NCBI GenBank assembly: GCA_964583675.1
Contig: CAZOVH010000001.1
Location: 145,754 to 209,753 of the forward strand
DNA from: an uncultured Candidatus Saccharibacteria bacterium
Lineage (GTDB): Bacteria; Patescibacteriota; Saccharimonadia; CAILAD01; GCA-016700035
Direction of reading: 5' to 3'
Length of the DNA: 64,000 bases
In this document: in pieces, positions 17,302 through 24,991 of the stretch
Layout: each line of letters starts with the position of its first letter
How positions within the stretch are numbered: position 1 is the first letter of the stretch
Notes under the pieces: generated by a model
Told to the model about the DNA's origin: nothing
Seen by the model: only the letters and a program-made list of their open reading frames with translations
The model's database searches: none
Program-made: the position numbers and the translations under genes

Positions 17302-17302
17302 A
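17294..17302 (+). repeat. attR core
   Basis: CGGAGCCAA, a duplicate of the tRNA-Asn 3' end. Confidence 0.85.
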
Positions 17303-17341
17303 AGAAAATGCTCGAGCCTTGCGTTCGGGCTTTTTCTTTGG
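17299..17341 (+). terminator. Displaced tRNA-Asn terminator
   Basis: GCTCGAGC/GTTCGGGC stem followed by TTTTTCTTT; outer CCAAAGAAAA/TTTTCTTTGG pairing. Confidence 0.8.
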
Positions 17342-17491
17342 AACTGAGTGCTTGCGAAGTCGAACCGTAGGTTCGTCGTAGCGAAGCGAAGAAGACGTAG
17401 TCGCTATCCGGCATGGGAACATAATATGTGATAGAGAATTCCATATAACTTTTATGTCACTAGACTCACTGATTTATGCAATAATCAAAGC

Positions 17492-17920
17492 ATGAAAGAA
17501 ATGCAGTTCAAGATTGAAATTAGTGCTCCAAAAGAAAGAGTTTGGCAAATCCTGTGGGAGGACGAATCGTTACGCGACTGGTCTGGCATCGTTGATCCAG
17601 GAACATACATGTTGGGCGAACTTAAAGAGGGTGAAACTGTGCAGTTCAATTCTGCAGAAGGCTACGGTGTAACGAGTTTAGTAGCAGAACTAATTCCAAA
17701 TGAATTTATCTTATTCAAGCATCAGGCTGACACGCAAGATAGTGGTAAAGCTCATCGCGATGACCAATGGATGGGTGGCCAAGAGAGCTACAAGCTTACC
17801 GAAAAAAATGGAGTCACAACCTTAGAGATGAGCCTTGATGTGCCGCCAGAACTGGAAAAAATAATGAGTGCTAGCTATCCAAAGGCTTTGGCACGAATTA
17901 AAGAATTATCTGAAAGCTAA
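17492..17920 (+). CDS. SRPBCC/AHA1-like domain protein
   Basis: IEISAPKERVWQILW ... YPKALARIKELSE pattern. Confidence 0.8.
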   Translation: MKEMQFKIEISAPKERVWQILWEDESLRDWSGIVDPGTYMLGELKEGETVQFNSAEGYGVTSLVAELIPNEFILFKHQADTQDSGKAHRDDQWMGGQESYKLTEKNGVTTLEMSLDVPPELEKIMSASYPKALARIKELSES

Positions 17921-17985
17921 TCTGCGGAAATCTTAGCTCTTTTGGAATGCTGCTTGGATCGTTATGGGGATTGTATACTTAGAAT

Positions 17986-18273
17986 ATGAAAAATTTTCTA
18001 AAAAAATACAGAAGATGGTTTGGGATAATTGGGTCCTTTGTTGCATTAAGCATTGCAATAATCTATTTAATAATTACTCCTAGAGAGGCAATTGACACTG
18101 AAGGAGTACAAAAGGCCATTCTTATGTATAGTCATTCCTTAGGTTGGATGTTGCTTGGTGTTGCGAGCTTATTGTGGGGGCTGAATCGCGATAATATTTG
18201 GGCAAAATACCTATCCTATAGTGCTTTGTTAGTTTATGTAATTTTTATTGTTACTTTGGTTTCTAGTAGCTAG
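17986..18273 (+). CDS. Small membrane protein
   Basis: Three hydrophobic segments; TATACT 6 nt upstream. Confidence 0.7.
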   Translation: MKNFLKKYRRWFGIIGSFVALSIAIIYLIITPREAIDTEGVQKAILMYSHSLGWMLLGVASLLWGLNRDNIWAKYLSYSALLVYVIFIVTLVSSS

Positions 18274-18343
18274 AGTACGGAAACCGTTTAAGAATAGTGT
18301 ATTGTTGCTCTTCTTTAGTGTGATTATTTGTTATTATGCATGC

Positions 18344-18520
18344 ATGAATACAGAAACTTCACTGCCAGAAAAAATTGGTAAACCAGCCATGCGAGCGTTA
18401 CTTGGTGCAGGGATAACTACCTTGCAGCAAGCAACTAGGATTTCAGACGAAGATTTACTCAAGTTGCACGGTGTTGGTCCGAAAGCGGTCAGAATATTGC
18501 GGGAAAGTGCTAGGCCTTAA
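18344..18520 (+). CDS. Small helix-hairpin-helix DNA-binding protein
   Basis: IGKPAMRAL..AGITTL ... LLKLHGVGPKAVRIL; start moved to 18344. Confidence 0.8.
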   Translation: MNTETSLPEKIGKPAMRALLGAGITTLQQATRISDEDLLKLHGVGPKAVRILRESARP

Positions 18521-18526
18521 TAATTT

Positions 18527-19060
18527 ATGAAATACGTTGCGCTTCTTCGTGGAATAAATGTGGGCGGTAATAATCGTGTACCAATGGCGGAGCTCAAGGC
18601 ATGCTTTGAGAAAGCTGGTTTTCAAAGTGTTGTGACATATATTAATTGCGGCAATGTGATATTTGTATCAGACGAATCTAGCCTGACAAAACTTGTAGAA
18701 ATTTGTGAGACTGCGATCGAGAAGCAGTTTGGGTTTAGGGTGGTGTGCTCGGTGATATCAGCTCAAGATTTGCGTGAAGCGGTCCGCAGCGCACCAGAGT
18801 GGTGGAGTGTTGGTGATGCAAAACATAACGCAATTTTTGTTATTACGCCCAAAACCGCTAAGGAAGTTATGCAACAAGTTGGCGATGCGAAGCCTGAGTA
18901 TGAAAAAGTTGCGGCCTACGGGCAGATAATTTTTTGGTCCGCACCACTTAAGACGTTTGGTCGCACACGCTATAGTAAAATAGTTGGATCTAAAGCATAT
19001 AAGTCAGTGACGATTCGCAATGCCAATACCACACTTAAACTCGCTCAACTTTGCGAGTAG
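18527..19060 (+). CDS. DUF1697 family protein
   Basis: YVALLRGINVGG...M..L and T.RN.NT motifs. Confidence 0.9.
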   Translation: MKYVALLRGINVGGNNRVPMAELKACFEKAGFQSVVTYINCGNVIFVSDESSLTKLVEICETAIEKQFGFRVVCSVISAQDLREAVRSAPEWWSVGDAKHNAIFVITPKTAKEVMQQVGDAKPEYEKVAAYGQIIFWSAPLKTFGRTRYSKIVGSKAYKSVTIRNANTTLKLAQLCE

Positions 19061-19092
19061 ACTAAGAATAAATAACAGAAAAGAGGGTTAGT

Positions 19093-19554
19093 ATGGAGCA
19101 AAAAATAGTCGCGAATTTGTGGTTCAATGGGGACGCTGAGCAAGCGGTAGAATTTTACACTTCAGTGTTTCCGGATAGTAAGGTGTTATCTACGACGCAT
19201 TATCCAAAAACGCAAGAAGAAGGGTTGGCAGATTTTCAAACCGAGCTAGCCGGTAAGCCGCTTACAATAGAGTTTGAGTTACAGGGCATACACTTTACGG
19301 CTATTAACGCTGGGCCGGAATTTTCATTTACCGAGGCTATTTCTTTTGCGGTGTATTGCAAAGACCAAGAGGAGATCGATTATTTTTGGGAAAAACTTTC
19401 CGACAAGCCAGAGTTTGAGCAGTGCGGTTGGTGCAAGGATAAGTATGGTTTGAGCTGGCAGATTGTTCCAAAAAATATGGAAGAACTAATGAATCAGCCC
19501 GATGCTTTTGCAAAGATGATGGGAATGAAAAAGATCGTTATCGCAGACTTTTAG
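19093..19554 (+). CDS. VOC / 3-demethylubiquinone-9 3-methyltransferase-like (PhnB-like) protein
   Basis: LWFNGDAEQAVEFY, FTEAISF, CGWCKDKYGLSWQIVP. Confidence 0.9.
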   Translation: MEQKIVANLWFNGDAEQAVEFYTSVFPDSKVLSTTHYPKTQEEGLADFQTELAGKPLTIEFELQGIHFTAINAGPEFSFTEAISFAVYCKDQEEIDYFWEKLSDKPEFEQCGWCKDKYGLSWQIVPKNMEELMNQPDAFAKMMGMKKIVIADF

Positions 19555-19569
19555 CACAATCTAAACAGT

Positions 19570-19881
19570 CTAGCTTGTCTTTGATCGTTTGGCGAGAATA
19601 CCTTTAATTGATGGGCTAATTTCTTTATCCGTGCGATGAATGCAGCCAATCCAGCAGCATGGTCGGCGTTTGCCCTCCTGAATTTCCACGACAGTTCGCT
19701 TGATGTGATTTTCGCGCGTGGCAGCCTGTTTAACGGAGATGTTCCAACAGATGAATTCATTACGAGCGAGTGGCGTGAGGCTTTCCCACGCAACTACTGC
19801 TGCGGGCGCAGCGAGCAAAGCCCTTTTTAGGTCGGCAGGGAGTTCATGAACGGTTCCGCCAGATAGAGTTTTGGTAGTCAT
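19570..19881 (-). CDS. YdeI/OmpD-associated family protein
   Basis: LPADL..AL, W..LTPLARNEFICW, GKRRPCCW.GC.HR; start at 19881 (TACCAT 6 nt upstream). Confidence 0.85.
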   Translation of the reverse strand: MTTKTLSGGTVHELPADLKRALLAAPAAVVAWESLTPLARNEFICWNISVKQAATRENHIKRTVVEIQEGKRRPCCWIGCIHRTDKEISPSIKGILAKRSKTS

Positions 19882-20003
19882 GTGTTTATGGTACATGACT
19901 TAGGCTTTAGTAACCAGCATTCGATTTAGTGGTCATGCTTGTTGTTTTGCGCTATGCAGTAAATAATTACGCACAAGTGTACCTTGAGCGAATGGAAAAA
20001 ATC

Positions 20004-20549
20004 ATGTCGAAATATACTCCTCCTATGCAGGCTGTACTTACAACACTGCCAGTTGGGGATTGTGTTGAGGGGCCGACTGTAACAATCATGGCGATGTATC
20101 GTCGTGGACTGTGTTACGAGGTTGAGCGCATTGATAGCGGAAGACAGCGAGCAAAACTTACCTATATGGGCCATGAGGCACGTGTCGAAGTGGCTCGAGC
20201 TAATGGTCTGGACTTGCTAAAGACGCTTGATGAGGTGCGTAGTAATCGAATCACTTCCAACGGTAATCTCAGACTTAATCGAGCACGTCATGCTGCCGAG
20301 ATGGTGGCGATAAACTTGGTGGGCCGTGCTCTTACTGTTGAGGAGAAACGACTGGTTTCAGAAGTTACTGAGCGGGTAATCGACGTCTTTGAAGAGGGCA
20401 CGACAAGAATCCATATTTGCCCACAATGCACTTTTGTTGTTGGTGGAGACGGAATTGATACTACGCCCTGTCCGGAGCATGGTTTGCGGCAGTCTTTCCC
20501 ATTTGGTTTCGGTGTTACTGACCTTGCAGTCAGGTATTGCTCGCCGTAA
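20004..20549 (+). CDS. Hypothetical protein with C-terminal CxxC...CxxH motif
   Basis: ORF followed by a terminator; start uncertain (19992 or 20004). Confidence 0.55.
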   Translation: MSKYTPPMQAVLTTLPVGDCVEGPTVTIMAMYRRGLCYEVERIDSGRQRAKLTYMGHEARVEVARANGLDLLKTLDEVRSNRITSNGNLRLNRARHAAEMVAINLVGRALTVEEKRLVSEVTERVIDVFEEGTTRIHICPQCTFVVGGDGIDTTPCPEHGLRQSFPFGFGVTDLAVRYCSP

Positions 20550-20557
20550 CAATTTTT

Positions 20558-20588
20558 AACTCCAGGCAGTGCTTGGGGTTTTTCTTTT
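20558..20588 (+). terminator. Intrinsic terminator
   Basis: AACTCCAGGC/GCTTGGGGTT stem then T-rich tail. Confidence 0.65.
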
Positions 20589-20650
20589 GATCAAATATCT
20601 GTATAATTCCATGGAATGTATGAAATAGCGCCAACGAAAACTCGGCACTA

Positions 20651-20674
20651 GCCGCCCGAAAGGGCGGTTTTTTT
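20651..20674 (+). terminator. Strong intrinsic terminator in the leader of the 20711 gene
   Basis: GCCGCCC-GAAA-GGGCGGT followed by T6. Confidence 0.85.
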
Positions 20675-20710
20675 ATACATTCACACCGAACCTTCCTAAT
20701 AAGGAGATGT

Positions 20711-21091
20711 ATGATTCTGAATCGTGTAGAGATTAGCGTTGTTTTTGAGCAGCGCGAAAAGCACTTTGCTCAATTGGTACCTGGTCTTGAGGCACATTTT
20801 GCCCTGCAGTGTTTGATGTGCGGAAAGATTCACCAGCTTACCACACCGATGGTTTACAAGCTTAAGGCTGATGAGATGCCGCACAAATATGTCCATCAGA
20901 TTAAGACGGCGGTCATGCAGACGCGCAGCTGTGAAAACTGCGGCTTACTTTCAACTCTACCTAAGCTTGACGCCGAGCGTTTGCTGAAGGCACTGCAGAA
21001 GACTATAACACCAGAATTTATCACGCTGCATAGTCGGGATCAGGTACCATTTTTGGCCCAACGACTCTTTGAACGTATGCAGCTCGTCTAG
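20711..21091 (+). CDS. Hypothetical zinc-binding protein (CxxC...CxxC)
   Basis: AAGGAG RBS; CLMC and CENC pairs. Confidence 0.65.
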   Translation: MILNRVEISVVFEQREKHFAQLVPGLEAHFALQCLMCGKIHQLTTPMVYKLKADEMPHKYVHQIKTAVMQTRSCENCGLLSTLPKLDAERLLKALQKTITPEFITLHSRDQVPFLAQRLFERMQLV

Positions 21092-21124
21092 CTCCTAGGG
21101 GAGCGGAACTCCTCTGGGAGTTCC

Positions 21125-21679
21125 TTATTTACGCAGCTGCTTGAGCGCACCACTCCAGGCGGTTACTTCTTCGGCAACTTTCTTGAGCTGCTCAGCATGC
21201 GCTTCAGTCGGCTTAAAAGTGGAGTAGTTTTCAAAGTCGGTGCCAAGGTAGAGTAAAACTTGATCACGTACGTCGGCCATGTGGAGTTCGCCCGCAATCT
21301 GCCGCCATTGCTCGGCTGCCCTCGATCCACCCGCAGCACCGTAACTAATAAAACCAATCGCCTTATTGTGCCATTCGTGATTTAAGAAGTCGACAGCGTT
21401 TTTGAATGCCCCTGGAACGCTATGGTTGTATTCCGGCGTAACAAAGATATAGCCATCTGCCTCGGCGATTTTTGCCGACCACTTTTTGGTGTGATCCTTT
21501 GTGTATTGCCCCATAAGTGGTGGCATTGGCTCATCGAGTAGGGGAAGATTGTAGTCTGCGATGTCGACGAGCTCAAACTCTGTGTCCTCAAAATCCTTAA
21601 GAGCATCTACGGCCCATTCTGCTACTTGTTCGCCAACTCGGCCAGGTCGAGTGCTGCCTAAGATAATCTGAATTTTCAT
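21125..21679 (-). CDS. NAD(P)H-dependent FMN reductase
   Basis: GSTRPGR, TPEYNHSVPG..KNA.D motifs. Confidence 0.93.
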   Translation of the reverse strand: MKIQIILGSTRPGRVGEQVAEWAVDALKDFEDTEFELVDIADYNLPLLDEPMPPLMGQYTKDHTKKWSAKIAEADGYIFVTPEYNHSVPGAFKNAVDFLNHEWHNKAIGFISYGAAGGSRAAEQWRQIAGELHMADVRDQVLLYLGTDFENYSTFKPTEAHAEQLKKVAEEVTAWSGALKQLRK

Positions 21680-21747
21680 ATTTGTGCCTCCATTGCTATA
21701 ATATGTATAGTATTAACACTGTCTATACTATATAAAGTAAAGTAACT

Positions 21748-22083
21748 ATGCAAGATAAAGTTATGAAGAATCCACATATTGAGAAAAAACCAGGCTGTGT
21801 TGCGGCGGCTGCAGCAATTATGGGCAATAAATGGACTGCCCTGATGATTTTAGAATTAGCTTCGGGAGAAAAACGTTTTTCTGAGATTCAAGCTCATTTG
21901 CCTGGCATGAGTCCGCGTACTCTGTCGCAGCGACTTGATGAGCTTGAGGTTACAAAAATTATCACCAAAAAAAGTTTTGCTGAAGTTCCGCCGCGCGTGG
22001 TGTATGCACTCACGCAAAAGGGGCAAGACTTAATTCCAATTCTAAAGAGCATGGCAGACTGGGGGACAAAATATCACCAATAA
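21748..22083 (+). CDS. HxlR-family transcriptional regulator
   Basis: C......MGNKW, RFSEI, EVPPRVVY.LT.KG; divergent from FMN reductase. Confidence 0.92.
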   Translation: MQDKVMKNPHIEKKPGCVAAAAAIMGNKWTALMILELASGEKRFSEIQAHLPGMSPRTLSQRLDELEVTKIITKKSFAEVPPRVVYALTQKGQDLIPILKSMADWGTKYHQ

Positions 22084-22140
22084 GAATTCTTCTAGTAAAA
22101 ATCATAGGGCAATGCTAGCTAAATCGGTAAAATAGATTAC

Positions 22141-23256
22141 ATGCGCATTTCGCCAAAAAAATCTCGTCTCCTACATCTCGACTTTATGCGGGGGATTTTT
22201 TTGTGTGTCATTATTATTGATCATTTGCAAAAGTTCCCAGGTTTCTTTGAGCTGTTTACGGGCAAAGGTATTTTATGGGCGTCTGCAGCCGAGGGCTTTT
22301 TCTTTTTATCGGGAATACTTTTGGGCTTGGTGCGCGGTCGGCGTGAAGTCGCCCGACCTATGTCTACGGTTACAAAAAAACTGTGGGGAAGAGCATTACT
22401 ATTATATTTATGGAATATTGCCCTAACGCTGTTTTACACACTGCTCGCTATGGCGTTCTTTGACCAAGTTGGCATTAAGCCTGGCTATGCGCTTCCTTCT
22501 TCTGTGGTAAACCTTGTTAGGGAAACGCTGACGTTTAAATATGTGTACGGCTGGGCTGATTTTTTGCAGTATTACGCGGCTTTTATCTTTATAAGCCCTT
22601 TGGCAATCTGGTTATTGCGAAAAAAATATTGGTGGTTGGTCTTGGCGATTTCCACAATTGTGTGGTTAAAGAGCGGCCAGAATTTCTATCTCAGTTGGCA
22701 GCTGCTTTTCTTTAGTGGTGCGGTCTTTGGCTATTATGTGGAGGATATTCACACTTGGTTTAAGGGGCTCAAGCATGATGTTCAGAGGCGGTTGCGTTAT
22801 CTAGCGGTGGCTACTGCTGGGATAACGTTTATTGTAAGTTATGTGTTTGTAATTGGCTTAAGTTACGCAAAGAATAATGCAGATGCCGGTTGGCTAAGGT
22901 TCTTGCCCGTCAAGCAACTAATGGAGTTAAATGAAAAACTTGCCCCGGACTTTGACAAAACTAGTCTAGGTATCGGTCGGGTAGTTGTATTTTATCTGTG
23001 GTTTTTTGCTCTATATTTTATTGTTAAGCGATTTGCTTGGATTTATGAGAAGAACAAGATTGGTAAGGCCATAACCATGCTCGGTCAAAACTCACTGTAT
23101 GTATATATTGTGCATAGTCTTTTGGTATTTAGTGTGAGTTTGGTTTTGCCTAAAAGTACTGGGTTGATTGGTAATATTTTGATAGACGTGGCAGTGATTA
23201 GTACAATAGTGTTTTTAGTGCGCAAACGGGTATTTTTCGCCTATATTCCGAGATAA
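22141..23256 (+). CDS. OpgC-domain membrane protein (putative glycan acyltransferase)
   Basis: LDFMRG, SAAEGFFFLSG, LGQNSLYVY; multi-TM. Confidence 0.85.
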   Translation: MRISPKKSRLLHLDFMRGIFLCVIIIDHLQKFPGFFELFTGKGILWASAAEGFFFLSGILLGLVRGRREVARPMSTVTKKLWGRALLLYLWNIALTLFYTLLAMAFFDQVGIKPGYALPSSVVNLVRETLTFKYVYGWADFLQYYAAFIFISPLAIWLLRKKYWWLVLAISTIVWLKSGQNFYLSWQLLFFSGAVFGYYVEDIHTWFKGLKHDVQRRLRYLAVATAGITFIVSYVFVIGLSYAKNNADAGWLRFLPVKQLMELNEKLAPDFDKTSLGIGRVVVFYLWFFALYFIVKRFAWIYEKNKIGKAITMLGQNSLYVYIVHSLLVFSVSLVLPKSTGLIGNILIDVAVISTIVFLVRKRVFFAYIPR

Positions 23257-23517
23257 AAAAGAAATAGGACCGCAAGAAGAAAGTTGCACAGGCGGTGAGG
23301 CCTGCCTTTTTTCTTGCGGTCCTAGGTGTCGAGGATTTGTGTCGCACGCCTTCGACTGGCGCTAGGTGCTCCGGACTTATTGCCGCCATTTCTCGTTGAG
23401 GTTTGGGTTGGTTGACGTTTGGAAAGAGAAATTGTGAGTGGCAGCTTTTTACCGGTGGCTTTGTGTTCAGGCTCGGGTAGAAGCCGTTGAAACGTCAGCC
23501 CATCTTGTTACCCATAG
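23255..23517 (-). ncRNA. Putative structured non-coding RNA (~260 nt), family not recognised
   Basis: Own promoter TTGACT-17-TATACT (23552-23524); several 5-8 bp helices whose G-U pairs favour the minus strand; 19-bp terminal stem plus U tract. Confidence 0.6.
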
Positions 23518-23592
23518 TCAGGTAGTATAGTTTTACTGGTTAAATAAGTCAAAGGTTTAGGGGTATACTGGAAAGCAATAAGAGGATTTTGT

Positions 23593-24033
23593 ATGGCAAA
23601 AGTGAGTGTGTATCTAAACTTTATGGGCAAAACCGAAGAAGCCTTCAACTTTTATAAAGATGTGTTTGGCACCGAATTTGTTGAGCCGATGCAGCGCATG
23701 GGTGAAGTGCCTCAAGACGATTCGCAGCCGGCTCTTCCTGAGAATGAAAAAAATATGATAATGCATGTGGAGCTTCCGATACTGGCAGGGATGAGTCTCA
23801 TGGGTACAGATATGCTCGAATCGATGGGTCACAAGATTAAGTATGGAAATAATATGTCGATTAATTTGATGCCCGATACCGAAGAAGAGACACGCCGCCT
23901 GTTTGATCAATTATCTGAGGGTGGAAGTGAAGTAATGCAGCTAGAAAAAATGTTTTGGGGCGATCTTTTTGGATCTTGCGTGGATAAGTATGGAATTCGC
24001 TGGATGTTCGATTGCCCAGCCGAGAAAAAGTAA
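23593..24033 (+). CDS. VOC/PhnB family protein
   Basis: YLNF.G.TEEAFNFY, IMHVEL, FWG...G...DKYGIRWM. Confidence 0.9.
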   Translation: MAKVSVYLNFMGKTEEAFNFYKDVFGTEFVEPMQRMGEVPQDDSQPALPENEKNMIMHVELPILAGMSLMGTDMLESMGHKIKYGNNMSINLMPDTEEETRRLFDQLSEGGSEVMQLEKMFWGDLFGSCVDKYGIRWMFDCPAEKK

Positions 24034-24046
24034 CTAGGAGTAAACA

Positions 24047-24313
24047 ATGGCAACGAAGAAAGAACCAAGAATAGAGATCAAGGCCGACATTACAGGCGCT
24101 GACGAGTTAAAAGAATGGTTTAAGCAGGAGTCGAAAAAGAACACGGCTGGACACAGTACGGGCGGAGCGTTGTATGGACTTGGTATGATTGGATCGCTCG
24201 TATATTGGCTCCAGGCGGCTACAAGCTTTGGAGCAGTTGTGACGGCAATACTTAAGTCAATTGTATGGCCGGCATACGTCGTGTATAAGCTACTCGAAAG
24301 TTTTTACGGGTAG
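24047..24313 (+). CDS. Small membrane protein
   Basis: GGALYGLG.IG...ILKSIVWPAY hydrophobic motif; GGAG RBS. Confidence 0.75.
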   Translation: MATKKEPRIEIKADITGADELKEWFKQESKKNTAGHSTGGALYGLGMIGSLVYWLQAATSFGAVVTAILKSIVWPAYVVYKLLESFYG

Positions 24314-24318
24314 ATTTT

Positions 24319-24492
24319 ATGGCGATTGCACCAGTTTGTGATTTATGTCGCGAAGAGCTAAAGGACTTTGGCGCACTTCTTTTTAGCCCGCCCAATACTC
24401 AGTCTGAAGTGAAGAAGTTTCATGTCTGTAAGCCTTGTTACAAAAAACTGCTCGCTGAATATAAGCTGGAAGACATACGTGACGAAAATTAA
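24319..24492 (+). CDS. Small zinc-finger protein (57 aa, not in ORF track)
   Basis: Hand translation MAIAPVCDLCREELKDFGALLFSPPNTQSEVKKFHVCKPCYKKLLAEYKLEDIRDEN; fills the operon gap. Confidence 0.75.
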   Translation: MAIAPVCDLCREELKDFGALLFSPPNTQSEVKKFHVCKPCYKKLLAEYKLEDIRDEN

Positions 24493-24937
24493 CGTTCATG
24501 AGCTCGGCCATATTGTGCTATATGTGAAAGACCTGCAGCGCTCCTCAGAGTTTTATGGCGAAATTCTAGGGTGGAAAAAACTTCCACGCCAGGCTGACAT
24601 GCCGGCCCAAGCATTTTCTAGCGGGCGCACTCACCACGAACTCCTGCTTATAGAGGTGGGGAATATGGCAGCTGCAAAGCCCGACCACTTGCAGCTAGGC
24701 CTCTATCATTTTGGGCTCAAGATTGGCGACACTGACGATGAATTACTTCAAGCGATTGAGTTTTTACAGGAAAAAAGCGTAACAATTACTGGCACCGCCG
24801 ATCATCACGTTACGCATAGCGTGTATATTGCTGATCCTGACGGAAACCAGATTGAGCTCTATATAGACGTGGCTGATGCTAATTGGCGCGAAGATGAGTC
24901 GCTTATTATGCAGCCAACTCGCCGCTTGGATGTATGA
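24479..24937 (+). CDS. VOC/glyoxalase (extradiol dioxygenase-like) protein
   Basis: LGHIVLYV.DL..S..FY, HHEL, GLYHFG, SVY..DPDGN.IELY; start moved to GTG 24479. Confidence 0.88.
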   Translation: MTKINVHELGHIVLYVKDLQRSSEFYGEILGWKKLPRQADMPAQAFSSGRTHHELLLIEVGNMAAAKPDHLQLGLYHFGLKIGDTDDELLQAIEFLQEKSVTITGTADHHVTHSVYIADPDGNQIELYIDVADANWREDESLIMQPTRRLDV

Positions 24938-24991
24938 GATTAAGGCTGACATCTCCGTAAAATCTGCCCGGCACTGTATACTGAGAAGTCT

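Larger units (their letters stand above)
10693..17302. mobile_element. tRNA-Asn-integrated element (6,601-bp excisable unit) with serine recombinase and rolling-circle-type Rep
   Basis: Flanking direct repeat CGGAGCCAA; tRNA-type terminator displaced to just beyond the right copy; integrase, Rep, HTH, Ltp and XRE gene set; distinct tetranucleotide usage. Confidence 0.9.

Noticed and set aside
10693-17302. Calling the element a complete prophage, inovirus or ICE
   Set aside because: No capsid, terminase, tail, Zot-like ATPase or conjugation genes between the att sites
21092-21120. 12-bp hairpin between convergent genes as a novel element
   Set aside because: Adequately explained as a 3' end/terminator structure, though it lacks a U tract
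23198-23389. 63-aa minus-strand ORF MAAISPEHL...
   Set aside because: Runs through the terminator and into opgC, has no clear RBS or motif, and the region is better explained as structured RNA
23255-23517. Assigning the RNA to RNase P RNA, c-di-GMP-I, T-box, SRP, 6S, tmRNA or raiA
   Set aside because: Only short partial resemblances (AAGUCCGG, ACAAAGCCACCGG, CGCCAGUCG); the full diagnostic motifs and their order are missing
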